From Verrucomicrobiia bacterium (GTDB taxonomy: Bacteria > Verrucomicrobiota > Verrucomicrobiia > Limisphaerales > JADJPG01), in NCBI GenBank assembly GCA_035577805.1, contig DATLUX010000500.1, positions 19,643 to 83,642 on the forward strand: a stretch of DNA of 64,000 nucleotides, read 5' to 3'. A program made the translations under genes and the position numbers. Positions 45,166-55,370 of the stretch are shown here, piece by piece. The notes below the pieces were generated by a model, which saw only the letters and a list, made by a program, of their open reading frames with translations, was not told the origin of the DNA and ran no database searches. Each line of letters opens with the position of its first letter. The first letter of the stretch is position 1.

Positions 45166-48045
45166 ATGTCTGACCCGGTCGTTTCCCCGTCTGTTAAGCC
45201 TGGCCGCCCCAAACCCCGTCGCTGGCTTCGTCGCCTCGGCATTGGCGCAGGCTCGGTCCTGGTTCTGTTCGTCGCAGCTTATTTTGTCCTGACCAGTGGC
45301 GCGTTTTTCAAAGGCGTGATCCTGCCCAAAGTCGGCCAGGCCATGCACGCTACGATCACCGTCTCCGATGCCAGTATCAGCCCCTTTTCGAGCGTTATTC
45401 TCAAGGATCTGAAGGTGCAAACCACCGGCACGGAACCGCTGATCACCGCCCAGGAAGTCCGCGCCCAGTACAGCCTTTGGGCCATCCTCGGCGGCAACCT
45501 TAAAGTCACCGAAGTGGCCCTGAATTCCCCCACCGTCACCGTCGTGCAAAACCCGGACGGCTCCAGCAACCTGGATCCACTCAAAGGCTCTGCGGACAAC
45601 GGCTCTGGCCAAACGAAACCCAAACCCGCCAGCGGCTCCGGCTCCGGCGGATCCAAATCCGGTGGGCCCGGCAGGTCCGGCTCCCCGGGCCCGGCCAAAC
45701 CCTTGCAAGTCGACTTGTCCAAATTCGCTCTCAACAACGCCACCGTGCGCCTCATCACCATGCCTAAAGAAGGCGGACGCCAGGTTGTCGAAGTCTCCAA
45801 ACTTAATGTCGCGCTCGACAACGTGAAAAACGGGCAGACCGGCAAGTTAACCGTCGCAGCCGATCTCGCCTTCGACAGCCAACCGCCGGCGCCGGCCGAC
45901 CGCGCGTCCGTCCAAGGTAAACTGGAAACAAGTGGTGAGCTTTCCCTGGGCAATGATCTGAGTTTGTCCCTGGTTAAGATCCGAAGCCGCGCTTCCGTGA
46001 CCCAGGCCGCAGGTAGCCTGAGCGAAATCAACGGCATGGCCGTCTCCTTGGATACCGACCTCAGCGCGGACCCGGCCAAACAATCCGCGGTGCTTCGCTC
46101 CTTTAACTTGAGCGGAATCCGTCGCGGCACCACTCTGCTGCAAACCCGTCAGTCCGGGCCGGTCACAATCGCTTGGGGCGGCGCCGCCCCTGCTGCCAGT
46201 GACGCCAGCTTAAGCGTCATCCTCACCAACCTCAATTTGGCAGACTGGAAGGGATTCACCCCCGGCTTGGAATTAGCCGGGCAAGCCCATGGCACAATCG
46301 ACCTAACTGCACAAGAATCCGGAAAGAACATCCGGATCAACCTGGCCGCGTTCGTGGACGGCCTGGGCGCCAAGATCAGCACCAATACTGTGGCCAATCT
46401 TAAAGTGGCTCTCTCCGCCGTCGCCCAAACCATCGAATTCAAGAAGGTTAACGTGCCGGAATATCGGCTCGCGCTGGCCGATCCTCAGGCCTCCCTGGTT
46501 TCCGTGATCGGCACCCTGACGGCCGACCTCCCCCCGGACTCGGCGGACGTTGAAATGCGGCTGGAAGCAGATCTCGCCCGATTGCTCGCCTTGCTGCCCC
46601 AGAACGGTCTCGTCCTGCAGTCGGGTCAGGCCCAGGTCAACAGCAAGATCTCGCGTCGCAACCAGGCATTGAATGATACCGGCACACTCCGGATCCAGAA
46701 GCTCACAGGAAAATTTGGCGAACGCCCATTCCAGGATCTCAGCTTGGATTCGAGCTACGACGTAGGCGTCCCCAAGCCGCAGCAGATCGATTTGCGGCAA
46801 CTGCAGCTGACGCTGGCCCCGACCGACCGAGCCCGCACCAACGCCGCCACACTGAGTGGCAGTCTAAATTCCTCTGACCCCAAAGCCATTGAAGGGGCCC
46901 TCAAGCTGACAGCTGATACTCTTGATCTCACGTCCTACTACGATCTCTTCGAACCTGCTTCGACCGACCGACCGAAGTCCCGGCCCAGCGGTCAGCACCC
47001 CCCCAGTTCCACTCCATCCGCTCAGAAGTCTCCCGCTCCGGCTCCACCGCCCGACCCTGGACCGGAAACCGAGCCTCCCGCCATGCAATTGCCGGTGAAG
47101 CTGGTCACGGCGGACATCCAGATTGGTCGCTGCTATCTGCGCGAATTGATCCTATCCAAAGTCACCGCCGGCGCCCGGGTCGAAACCAATCGGATCATCC
47201 TGAACCCGATCTCCGCCTTGCTCAACGACGCGCCAATGACTGCGGCCGTCGACCTCAACGTCGGCGTCCCCGGCTATCAATACGACATCAGCTTTAAGGG
47301 GGATCGCTTGCCACTCGAGCCTATCGCCAACAGCTTTTCTCCCCAGTACCGCGGGCAAGCCAAAGGCTTTATTCTAGCCGCCCTGAACATCAAGGGTGAA
47401 GGCGTCACCGGACCAAGCTTGCAGAAGAATCTGGGCGGCGGTCTCCAACTCGCCTTCACCAACGCGGAGATCCAACTCGTCGGCCCCAAAGCCAAAGCCT
47501 TGCTCACGCCCATCGCGGTCGGGTTCGGTTATCCCGAGATCCTCAGGTCGCCCCTGCGCTGGCTCGGCGCCGACGCCAAGATCAGTCAAGGCAAACTGCA
47601 ACTGAACGCACTCAACCTCGTCAGCCCTGCTTTCACCGCCGGGACCCGCGGCGAAATCCCCTTCGCCACCAAGCTCGCCCAATCACCCATTCGCGATTGG
47701 CCGGTCGACTTTGCTTTGCCTCGAGCGATCGCCGAAAAACTTAAGCTCACTCCGAAGGACGGCACGGCCACCAACGAGTTTGTGTCCTTGCCGAACATGG
47801 TGAAAGCGGTCGGCACGCTGGGAAATGCGGAAACCAAAGTCGACGCCGTCGCTCTACTCCAGTTTGGGGCCCGGACCTTGACGGAGATCCCCGGCGTGGG
47901 CAAAGACGCCAGCAAACTGCTCAATCAAGCCGACAGCCTCCTGGGCGGCCGCCTAACCGGCCACACCAATGCCTCCACCAACGCGGCACCCACCAACTCC
48001 TTGCCCCACAAACTGGGCGACCTCTTCAAGCCGAAGAGCAAGTAA
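45166..48045 (+). CDS. AsmA-like large envelope protein
   Basis: ATG 45166 gives 'MSDPVVSPSVKPGRPKPRRWLRRLGIGAGSVLVLFVAAYFVL' (TM anchor), then 'ITVSDASISPFSSVILKDLKVQ' and a long beta-rich repetitive body with Gly/Ser/Pro linkers. The maximal ORF (44878) would overlap the divergent gene. Confidence 0.7.
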   Translation: MSDPVVSPSVKPGRPKPRRWLRRLGIGAGSVLVLFVAAYFVLTSGAFFKGVILPKVGQAMHATITVSDASISPFSSVILKDLKVQTTGTEPLITAQEVRAQYSLWAILGGNLKVTEVALNSPTVTVVQNPDGSSNLDPLKGSADNGSGQTKPKPASGSGSGGSKSGGPGRSGSPGPAKPLQVDLSKFALNNATVRLITMPKEGGRQVVEVSKLNVALDNVKNGQTGKLTVAADLAFDSQPPAPADRASVQGKLETSGELSLGNDLSLSLVKIRSRASVTQAAGSLSEINGMAVSLDTDLSADPAKQSAVLRSFNLSGIRRGTTLLQTRQSGPVTIAWGGAAPAASDASLSVILTNLNLADWKGFTPGLELAGQAHGTIDLTAQESGKNIRINLAAFVDGLGAKISTNTVANLKVALSAVAQTIEFKKVNVPEYRLALADPQASLVSVIGTLTADLPPDSADVEMRLEADLARLLALLPQNGLVLQSGQAQVNSKISRRNQALNDTGTLRIQKLTGKFGERPFQDLSLDSSYDVGVPKPQQIDLRQLQLTLAPTDRARTNAATLSGSLNSSDPKAIEGALKLTADTLDLTSYYDLFEPASTDRPKSRPSGQHPPSSTPSAQKSPAPAPPPDPGPETEPPAMQLPVKLVTADIQIGRCYLRELILSKVTAGARVETNRIILNPISALLNDAPMTAAVDLNVGVPGYQYDISFKGDRLPLEPIANSFSPQYRGQAKGFILAALNIKGEGVTGPSLQKNLGGGLQLAFTNAEIQLVGPKAKALLTPIAVGFGYPEILRSPLRWLGADAKISQGKLQLNALNLVSPAFTAGTRGEIPFATKLAQSPIRDWPVDFALPRAIAEKLKLTPKDGTATNEFVSLPNMVKAVGTLGNAETKVDAVALLQFGARTLTEIPGVGKDASKLLNQADSLLGGRLTGHTNASTNAAPTNSLPHKLGDLFKPKSK

Positions 48046-48084
48046 GTCTCGGAAGTGGTTGAACATTCCCGAATCGCGCCTGTA

Positions 48085-48119
48085 GGAACCAGGAACCAGG
48101 AACCAGGAACCAGGAACCA
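48085..48119 (+). repeat. (GGAACCA)x5 heptamer tandem array
   Basis: Perfect units start at 48085, 48092, 48099, 48106 and 48113. It lies 40 nt after the AsmA-like stop and 10 nt from the convergent thioredoxin stop. Confidence 0.95.
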
Positions 48120-48128
48120 GCACCGCAA

Positions 48129-48617
48129 CTACTTCGCATCACTAGCGGGGGCAGCGTTCGCGGCCGACGCTTTAGGGGGGACCAGCTTGTTGAGCTTTTC
48201 TTGCAACTCGTGTTTTTCGACCACGCCCAACGTGCGATCCACCACCTTCCCGTCCTTGAACAACAGCACCGTCGGAAAACCTTCCACGGAAAATTCGTCC
48301 ACCAGCGATTCATTGCGGTCCACATCGACCTTTCCGACCTTCACCCGCCCGGCGTATTCGGCCGCCAATTCGCTGATGGTCGGAGCCAGCACCTTGCATG
48401 GCCCGCACCAATCCGCCCAAAAATCCACCAACACCGGCTGGGAGGATTGCAACACTTGTTCCCGGAAATTACTGCGCGTCAACGTCACGATGTTAGGATC
48501 GTCATGCGCCACCTGCGCCGACTGATGTTCGCATCCGGTCCACAAACCACTCAAGACACTCACTCCCATCACGGCGCCCAGGACCGACAGCGATCGAATG
48601 GTCTTCCTATCGTTCAT
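48129..48617 (-). CDS. Exported thioredoxin
   Basis: ATG 48615-48617 gives the signal 'MNDRKTIRSLSVLGAVMGVSVLSGLWTGC'. 'VLVDFWADWCGPCKVLAP' is the WCGPC active site. The maximal ORF to 49070 is implausible. Confidence 0.85.
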   Translation of the reverse strand: MNDRKTIRSLSVLGAVMGVSVLSGLWTGCEHQSAQVAHDDPNIVTLTRSNFREQVLQSSQPVLVDFWADWCGPCKVLAPTISELAAEYAGRVKVGKVDVDRNESLVDEFSVEGFPTVLLFKDGKVVDRTLGVVEKHELQEKLNKLVPPKASAANAAPASDAK

Positions 48618-48911
48618 GACGCAAAAGATGACCTGCGAACCGCAAACTGCAACTGGTTTTCTCGCTCCCACTGTCCACCGCGTCTCATTCCGAGACAGTC
48701 GCCCCCGCCACCGGAACCAACCTGAGCCTTCCTTGCAGCGATCGACGGCTTTTCCTGACTGGCACCGCGTTTGCCTGCATCCCATGTAACTTCGCGCGGT
48801 TTGTCTACGTCTCAGCGCGAAACGCCCGACCGGCGGCGCCCACGGCAAACACCGGCCGGATGGCCCCTTCGAAACCGAGGAGGACGAAGATAACCAAGTA
48901 GAAAGTATTGT

Positions 48912-49556
48912 ATGAAAAATCTGACGATGTTCACGAAAAGCCTGGCTGTCCTTTGCGGCACCGCCCTGGTGGGCAGTCCCATGGCCGCAGACAATACCCG
49001 CAGCCCCGGAGTCAACGCCCGCCAACGCGCCCAACAGGAGCGGATCAAGGAAGGCGCGCGTTCCGGTCAATTAACCCAGGAAGAAACCAGGAAACTCGAG
49101 GGCGAAGAGAGAACTCTCCGGACCGAGGAACGCGCCTACAAAGCCGACGGTAAACTCACCCCAGCCGAACGCCGGGATTTGCATCAGGACGCCAATCAGA
49201 TCAGCCGCGATATCCATCGCGAACGGCATGATCGCGACCTTCGAGCGCGTCCGCCCCGGCCGCGTCCGCAGGATCCCCTGGTGAACGCGCGGCAACACAC
49301 CCAGCAGGGCCGCGTCGCCCAGGGAGTACGCTCTGGGGAACTCACTAAATCTGAAGCCACCCAACTCCGCCAGGAAGAGCAAGCCATCCGGACGGAAGAA
49401 CGAGCCTATAAAGCCGATGGCAAACTCACTGCCGCTGAGCGCAAAGACCTGCACCAGGACCTGCAGCAGTCCAGCAAGGACATTTATCAGCAGAAACACG
49501 ACGCCGAGACCCGCGTGAAAGCAGCCCCGCCGCCAGCCCCGCCCACCGCGAAGTAA
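48912..49556 (+). CDS. Secreted protein built from two ~80-aa repeats (LTxxE motifs; Spy/CpxP-like flavour, unsupported)
   Basis: Signal 'MKNLTMFTKSLAVLCGTALVGSPMAA'. 'VNARQRAQQERIKEGARSGQLTQEE...EERAYKADGKLTPAERRDLHQD' is duplicated as 'VNARQHTQQGRVAQGVRSGELTKSE...EERAYKADGKLTAAERKDLHQD'. Confidence 0.6.
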   Translation: MKNLTMFTKSLAVLCGTALVGSPMAADNTRSPGVNARQRAQQERIKEGARSGQLTQEETRKLEGEERTLRTEERAYKADGKLTPAERRDLHQDANQISRDIHRERHDRDLRARPPRPRPQDPLVNARQHTQQGRVAQGVRSGELTKSEATQLRQEEQAIRTEERAYKADGKLTAAERKDLHQDLQQSSKDIYQQKHDAETRVKAAPPPAPPTAK

Positions 49557-49581
49557 TCGGACCTCCTTACGGCATCGGATT

Positions 49582-49615
49582 TCGGCCCGCGAACAAACCG
49601 CGGGCCGATTTCTGT
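49582..49615 (+). terminator. Rho-independent terminator
   Basis: TCGGCCCGCG (49582-49591) pairs with CGCGGGCCGA (49599-49608), a 10-bp stem, followed by TTTCTGT. It lies 26 nt after the stop of 48912-49556. Confidence 0.6.
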
Positions 49616-49837
49616 ACCCCACACATTGCAAAGTGTGGCGGCCTGGGCACATCAATCGCTGCCCGTTGGGCCGCTCAAAGCTGGAAGTTGAACGTTGGGA
49701 GTTGAATTGGACGTTGAAAGTTACTCGAAATTGGAGATTCATGCGTCCTTCCTATCCACAGAAATCCCCTTTGAAATCTCGTAACAGATCGATCACAATG
49801 CGCCCATGCTCCGTCGCAACTCGGGACGTCGCCAGGC

Positions 49838-50638
49838 ATGATCCATCCGACGGCGGTGATCCATCCACGAGCCACCGTGCCTTCCAGCACGGTCATCGGG
49901 CCCTATGCCGTTATCGACGAACATGTCCGCCTTGGCGAGCACTGTGTGGTCGGTCCGCACGCGTATTTAACCGGCCACACCACCATTGGCGCCCGCAACC
50001 GTTTTTATTTCGGCTGTGTGATTGGCGAAGCGCCCCAGGACCAGAAGTATAGTAACGCTCCGAGCCGCTTGCGAATTGGCGATGACAACATGTTTCGCGA
50101 ACACTGCACAGTGCACCGTTCGAACTCGGAGGCCACGGAAACCCTCGTCGGGTCGAAGTGCTTGATCATGGCTGGGGCCCACGTCGGACACGATAGCGCG
50201 TTGGGAGATTATGTTGTTCTAGTCAATGGCGCCCTCCTCGCCGGACACGTAACCATCGGCAGTCAGGCGCTCATTTCCGGCAACTGCGTGATCCATCAGT
50301 TTGTCCGGGTGGGACGGCTCGCGATGATGCAGGGCGGATCCGCCATCAGCAAGGATCTGCCGCCCTATTGTGTATCTCGAGATGCCAATCGTCTCAGCGG
50401 CCTGAACTCGGTGGGATTGCGCCGCGCCGGTCTTTCCAGCGCGGAACGCCTCGAGTTACGGCGCTTGTACCATCAACTTTTCCGCCGGCGCGTGGAACTG
50501 CTCCGCGATGCCATTGAGCAGGCCCGCCAACAATTCAGCAGCGAACACGCTCGTTTGTTGCTGGACTTCGTGGCCACCGCCAAACGCGGCCTCTGTGCCG
50601 ACCACTCCAAAACTGCGGTAACAGGCGAGGAGGAATAG
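49838..50638 (+). CDS. lpxA: Acyl-ACP--UDP-N-acetylglucosamine O-acyltransferase
   Basis: 'MIHPTAVIHPRATVPSSTVIGPYAVIDEHVRLGEHCVVGPHAYL...' gives hexapeptide repeats. 'GEAPQDQKY' and the helical C-terminal domain are typical of LpxA. Confidence 0.9.
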   Translation: MIHPTAVIHPRATVPSSTVIGPYAVIDEHVRLGEHCVVGPHAYLTGHTTIGARNRFYFGCVIGEAPQDQKYSNAPSRLRIGDDNMFREHCTVHRSNSEATETLVGSKCLIMAGAHVGHDSALGDYVVLVNGALLAGHVTIGSQALISGNCVIHQFVRVGRLAMMQGGSAISKDLPPYCVSRDANRLSGLNSVGLRRAGLSSAERLELRRLYHQLFRRRVELLRDAIEQARQQFSSEHARLLLDFVATAKRGLCADHSKTAVTGEEE

Positions 50639-50651
50639 CGGGAGGGAAAAG

Positions 50652-50709
50652 CGGAAAGCGGAAAACGGTTCGGGGTTCGGGGTTCGGGGTTCGGGGTTCA
50701 GGGTTCGAA
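50652..50709 (+). repeat. Composite heptamer array: (GCGGAAA)x2 then (GGTTCGG)x4 plus 2 variants
   Basis: GCGGAAA at 50652 and 50659. GGTTCGG at 50668, 50675, 50682 and 50689, then GGTTCAG and GGTTCGA. It begins 14 nt after the lpxA TAG. Confidence 0.95.
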
Positions 50710-51202
50710 AAAGCTCGTAGGGCGAAGGCGGGCCTGACCGCTTAAAGCGCGGGTAGTGGCAAGATACACCCGTGGCTTACTCTTCCCGCGGTTTCTGGGT
50801 GAGGACCGTCCACTTGGCCCAGAGCCGTTGGAGCGGGCCAGGCTCCTCTAATCCCTGGCCGGCAATAGACTTGGGATCGCCAGGAGCGAAATCGCCCTTG
50901 GCCATGTCCTTCAACGCCGGATCCACCCGGACCAACAACGGCGCCGCATCAAAGTTCTCGAACTCGATCCCCGACCATCTGTTCTGACCACCATTTTTCT
51001 GCCCCGATCTGCTTTCCCCATCTTCTGCCTCACAAGCCCGGTTCCAATTCCTGCTTGCGCGGCCCTGGTTCTTCGCGAAGAATTCCGTCCCAAGGAAGGA
51101 ACGACAGAACGATGTGCCTTAACCAATTTCGAACGCGCCATTGACTAAGCTACCGTCCTCCTCTATTACCCAAGCCCGAGCAAACCCGGAATCCGACGTC
51201 AT

Positions 51203-52282
51203 ATGCCACCCAAAGCCGACAAAGCTGACAAAGCTACCACTGTTGAAAAAAGCGCCTCCGACACCTCGCGCGTTTCCGCCACGCGCGAACGCGACCTCGA
51301 GACGGCGATCTCCACGATCACCAAGACCTACGGGGATGGCAGCATCATGCGGCTGGGGGCCGCCGTAGCTCTGCGCAAGATTGATGTCATTCCAACGGGC
51401 GCCCTGGCCGTGGACCTGGCTCTTGGCGTCGGCGGGTTGCCCCGGGGCCGGGTCATCGAGATTTACGGCCCTGAATCATCCGGTAAAACCACCATCATGC
51501 TGCACGTCATTGCCAACGCGCAGAAGAACGGCGGCCTGGCGGCCTTCATCGACGCCGAACACGCCTTGGATCCGGCCTATGCCAAAAAACTCGGGGTTAA
51601 CCTGGATGAACTGTTGGTGTCCCAACCGGACAGCGGCGAAGAAGCCCTGAGCATCGTCGAGACTTTGGCTCGTTCCAACGCTCTGGACGTGATCGTGATC
51701 GATTCGGTAGCTGCCCTCGTGCCGAAAGCGGAGCTCGAGGGCGAGATGGGCATGGCCACCATGGGCATGCAAGCCCGCCTGATGAGCCAGGGACTGCGTA
51801 AACTCACCGCCCTGCTCGCCAAGTCCAAAACCACCTGCATGTTCACTAACCAACTCCGCGAGAAAGTCGGTGTCATGTTCGGCAATCCCGAGACCACTCC
51901 GGGCGGCAAAGCCCTGAAGTTCTACGCCAGCGTTCGCATCGATATCCGCCGCAAAGACGCCATCAAAGATGCCGCCGGCAATGTCCTGGGCAACCATGTC
52001 AAAGTGAAGATCGTCAAGAATAAGGTGGCGCCCCCTTTCACCGAGGCCGAATTCGACATCATGTTCAATCAGGGCATCAACAAGGAGGGCAGCATCCTCG
52101 ATGTCGGCATCGACCAGGGCGTCGTTGAAAAGAAAGGTGCCTGGCTCCAGTTCGATGGCGAATTGATCGGCCAAGGCAAGGACGCCGCCCAAAAGGCCCT
52201 GGTGGAAAAACCCGACCTGGCCAAGAAAATCGTCGCCGCCATCATGGCCAAACGACTCTCGGCCGAAACCCCAGCGGCTTAG
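51203..52282 (+). CDS. recA: Recombinase RecA
   Basis: 'GDGSIMRLG', '[16 protein letters not shown]', '[10 protein letters not shown]' and '[19 protein letters not shown]'. A short Lys/Asp-rich N-terminal extension. Confidence 0.95.
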   Translation: MPPKADKADKATTVEKSASDTSRVSATRERDLETAISTITKTYGDGSIMRLGAAVALRKIDVIPTGALAVDLALGVGGLPRGRVIEIYGPESSGKTTIMLHVIANAQKNGGLAAFIDAEHALDPAYAKKLGVNLDELLVSQPDSGEEALSIVETLARSNALDVIVIDSVAALVPKAELEGEMGMATMGMQARLMSQGLRKLTALLAKSKTTCMFTNQLREKVGVMFGNPETTPGGKALKFYASVRIDIRRKDAIKDAAGNVLGNHVKVKIVKNKVAPPFTEAEFDIMFNQGINKEGSILDVGIDQGVVEKKGAWLQFDGELIGQGKDAAQKALVEKPDLAKKIVAAIMAKRLSAETPAA

Positions 52283-52299
52283 ATTAGGCTCAATTCCAC

Positions 52300-53277
52300 A
52301 TGCCCCTTATCCAGCCGTTGAAGATGAGTCGCGGGATCCAAAGCAGTTCATGGCCGGCGCGCCGGACCGATCGGGGCAAGCCAGGGGCTCCTCGGTTCGA
52401 TCTAACCAGTTACCTGGATGCTCAAACCGCCCGCATCAACCAGGCGCTGGATCGGTTCCTGCCCAACGCATCGACCAAACCCGCCACCATCCATCAGGCC
52501 ATGCGCTATTCGCTTTTTGCCGGTGGCAAACGGATGCGCCCGGCCCTCTGTCTGGCCGCCGCGGCCGCTTGCGGGGGTTCGGATGCCGATGCCCTCCCGC
52601 TCGCCTGTGCGGTGGAATGCATCCACACTTATTCGCTCATCCACGATGATCTCCCCGCCATGGACAACGACGATTATCGTCGCGGCAAACCCACCAATCA
52701 CAAAGTGTTTGGGGAAGGCATTGCAGTGTTGGCGGGAGATGCCCTCCTGACCCAGGCCTTTGAGCTCGTGGCCCACGCCAAAGGTTGGGCTCGTTACTCG
52801 CACCAGGCGCTGTTGCTCGAACTCACCCGTGCTTCCGGGTCCCTTCAGCTCATCGCCGGCCAAGTCGCCGACCTCGAAGCCGAAGGCAAAAAGATCGCCG
52901 CCCCCGAACTGAAATACATCCACGAACGCAAAACCTCCGCCCTGCTCTGTTGTTCGGTTCGCCTGGGCGGCATGAGCGCCGATTGCAGCAGCGCCCAGCT
53001 CAGCGCCCTCACCCAGTTTGGTTACAACGTGGGCCTGGCTTTTCAAATCATCGATGACATCCTGGATGTCACTCAAACCACCGAGCAACTCGGCAAAACC
53101 GCCGGGAAAGATACCGCCGCCCGCAAAGCCACTTACCCCTCCATTGTGGGACTCGAAAAATCCCGGCGCCTGGCCGGTCAACTCACGCAGCGAGCCTTCG
53201 CCGCCTTGAAAATCTTCCGCGGCCGCGCGGCAGCCCTGGAAGCCATCGCCCAATTCCTGCTCACGCGCGAGAAGTGA
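52300..53277 (+). CDS. Polyprenyl synthetase (farnesyl/geranylgeranyl diphosphate synthase)
   Basis: FARM 'LIHDDLPAMDNDDYRRGKPT' and SARM 'FQIIDDILD'. The start may be an internal ATG. Confidence 0.85.
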   Translation: MPLIQPLKMSRGIQSSSWPARRTDRGKPGAPRFDLTSYLDAQTARINQALDRFLPNASTKPATIHQAMRYSLFAGGKRMRPALCLAAAAACGGSDADALPLACAVECIHTYSLIHDDLPAMDNDDYRRGKPTNHKVFGEGIAVLAGDALLTQAFELVAHAKGWARYSHQALLLELTRASGSLQLIAGQVADLEAEGKKIAAPELKYIHERKTSALLCCSVRLGGMSADCSSAQLSALTQFGYNVGLAFQIIDDILDVTQTTEQLGKTAGKDTAARKATYPSIVGLEKSRRLAGQLTQRAFAALKIFRGRAAALEAIAQFLLTREK

Positions 53278-53291
53278 GGACTTCAGGAGCC

Positions 53292-55370
53292 TTACTCTTC
53301 CAGCGGCCGTTTGTGTTCGGCGATGATCTTCTGTTCGAGTTCGTGGGGCATCTCGGCGTAATGACTGAAGCGTTCGGTGTGTAAACCGCGTCCGCCGGTC
53401 AACGAGCGGAGGACGCTGGCGTATTTGTAAAGCTCCTTTTGGGGAACCTGCGCTTTGACGATGGTCTGGCCGTCGGCGCCATCGGTGCCGCTGATGTGTC
53501 CGCGGCGGCTGGAGAGATCGCCCATCACGCTGCCGAGGCAATCTTCGGGGGCACGGACTTCGATTTCATAGATTGGCTCGAGCAGGCAGGGACGAGCTTT
53601 CAGGAATGACTCCTTAAAGGCGGCCTTGCCGGCGATTTGAAAGGCGATGTCCTTGGAATCGACCGGATGCATCTTGCCGTCGTAGAAGTCAATCTTCACA
53701 TCCACCACGCGATAGCCCGCGATCACGCCTTCGGTGCAAGCCGAATTCACGCCCTTCTCCACCGACGGCACGAAAGTGCGATCGACATTTTGACCGCTCA
53801 AAGACTGAGTAAACTCCACTCCGGTATTGCGTTCCTTGGGTTCGATGCGCATCCAGACCTCGGCAAATTGGCCGGCGCCGCCGGTTTGTTTTTTGTGCCG
53901 GTACTTGGAGTCGCCGGGGCCTTTGATAGTCTCACGGTAGGGAATACGCGGCTCGATCATGTCGAACTCCACCTTGAACCGTTGCTTGAGCCGTTCCGCC
54001 ACCACGCGCAGATGCAGTTCACCCTGGCCGCTGATCACGGTCTGATGCAATTCCGAGTCCACATGGAACAGGAAGGTCGGATCTTCCTCGTGCAAAGCAG
54101 CCAGGCCGCTGGCCATCTTTTCCTCTTCACCCTTGGCTTTGAGCTTGAGCGCCACGTGGATGTTAGGGGTGGGATATTGGACCTTGGGAAGAGTGACGAT
54201 GCGCTTGGGACTGCAAAGGGTGTTGCCGGTATGCGTGTCCTTGAGTTTGACCGTCGCCCCCAGATCACCGGGACCCAAATCAGGCACGGCGGTGCGGGTG
54301 CGCCCATTGAGATTGAAGATTTGGCCCATCCGTTCGGTGCATTTGCGGTCGGCATTGTAAAGATCCATGCCGCCATGCACGTGCCCGGAATAAAGCCGGA
54401 AATAGCTCAACTCGCCAAACTGCGCTTCGCTCATGGTCTTAAACACATAAAGCGCTTGCTCGGCGTCGTGGAGGGCCACCTCCATGTCTTTGCCCGCCTG
54501 ATTGATGGCCGTGACCTGCTCGCGGTCGACCGGGGATGAACCGTACTTGGCGATAAAATCCATCAGACGCGCCACGCCGATGTTGGGGGCGGCGGCGGCG
54601 CAGAACAGCGGGATGATGGATTGTTTCTGGACGGCAGCGTGTTCGCCGGCGCGCAATTGTTCTTCGGTGAGCTCGCCTTGCGAGAAAAACTTCTCGAGCA
54701 ATTCGTCATCGGCCTCGGCGGTCAGCTCGATCAGTTCCTTGTGCAGTTGGAAAACGCGATCCTTGTTGGCGCCGGCCGCGGGAGTTTCACTGAATTTCCC
54801 GCTGCCGTCGGTCGCGTAAGTGACAATGTCATTGCGCAGCACGTCCAGCACCTGGTTGAAGCCTGGGCCTGGATTGAGCGGGAGGTTGAGAGGAAAGACG
54901 CGGGCTCCAAAACGAGCGCGGCATTGGGCCAGGACCGCCTCGAAGTCCACGTTCTCTTTGTCCATGCCGTTGATCACGATCATTTTCGGGATGGCAAACT
55001 GCGTGGCATAATGCCAGACCTGATCGGTGCCCACGCCGAGCCCATGCTGGGCGTGCACCACCACCAGGGCAAAGTCGCCCACCCGCAGCGCCCCCAAACC
55101 TTCACTGATGAAATCGAGGTAGCCGGGTGTGTCGATCAGGTTCAGCTTCCGGTCGAGCCACTCGGTATGGAGCAAGGAGGTATGGATGGAGATGCCCCTT
55201 TCCCGTTCGTCGTCGTGATAATCGGACACGGTGTTGCCGGCCTGGATCGTGCCCATGCGATTAATGGCGCCGCTGCAAGCCAGCATCGCCTCGCACAAGG
55301 TCGTCTTGCCGCTGGAGGCGTGCCCCACGACAGCGAAATTTCGAATGTCTCCCGGTTGATATGTTTTCAT
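53292..55370 (-). CDS. fusA: Elongation factor G paralogue (EF-G2-like)
   Basis: ATG 55368-55370 gives 'MKTYQPGDIRNFAVVGHASSGKTTLCEAML', 'LIDTPGYLDF' and 'INGMDKE', plus domains II-V. It stands alone, outside a str operon, and the G1 motif reads GHASSGKT rather than AHIDAGKT. The maximal ORF to 55757 is implausible. Confidence 0.9.
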   Translation of the reverse strand: MKTYQPGDIRNFAVVGHASSGKTTLCEAMLACSGAINRMGTIQAGNTVSDYHDDERERGISIHTSLLHTEWLDRKLNLIDTPGYLDFISEGLGALRVGDFALVVVHAQHGLGVGTDQVWHYATQFAIPKMIVINGMDKENVDFEAVLAQCRARFGARVFPLNLPLNPGPGFNQVLDVLRNDIVTYATDGSGKFSETPAAGANKDRVFQLHKELIELTAEADDELLEKFFSQGELTEEQLRAGEHAAVQKQSIIPLFCAAAAPNIGVARLMDFIAKYGSSPVDREQVTAINQAGKDMEVALHDAEQALYVFKTMSEAQFGELSYFRLYSGHVHGGMDLYNADRKCTERMGQIFNLNGRTRTAVPDLGPGDLGATVKLKDTHTGNTLCSPKRIVTLPKVQYPTPNIHVALKLKAKGEEEKMASGLAALHEEDPTFLFHVDSELHQTVISGQGELHLRVVAERLKQRFKVEFDMIEPRIPYRETIKGPGDSKYRHKKQTGGAGQFAEVWMRIEPKERNTGVEFTQSLSGQNVDRTFVPSVEKGVNSACTEGVIAGYRVVDVKIDFYDGKMHPVDSKDIAFQIAGKAAFKESFLKARPCLLEPIYEIEVRAPEDCLGSVMGDLSSRRGHISGTDGADGQTIVKAQVPQKELYKYASVLRSLTGGRGLHTERFSHYAEMPHELEQKIIAEHKRPLEE

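Noticed and set aside
49684-49722. Three GTTGAA motifs spaced about 13-14 nt apart upstream of lpxA.
   Set aside because: The motif is short and AT-rich in a spacer of roughly 280 nt. It could be chance and I have no supporting palindrome or known consensus.
50777-51118. A minus-strand frame between lpxA and recA is open for 113 codons with coding-like GC3 in its last ~65 codons ('...IEFENFDAAPLLVRVDPALKDMAKGDFAPGDPKSIAGQGLEEPGPLQRLWAKWTVLTQKPREE').
   Set aside because: There is no ATG before codon ~72, only GTG 50926 or ATG 50905, which would give 42-49 aa. The upstream part loses the GC3 bias. It may be a gene remnant or a small protein, but this is unsupported. TBLASTN against relatives would decide.
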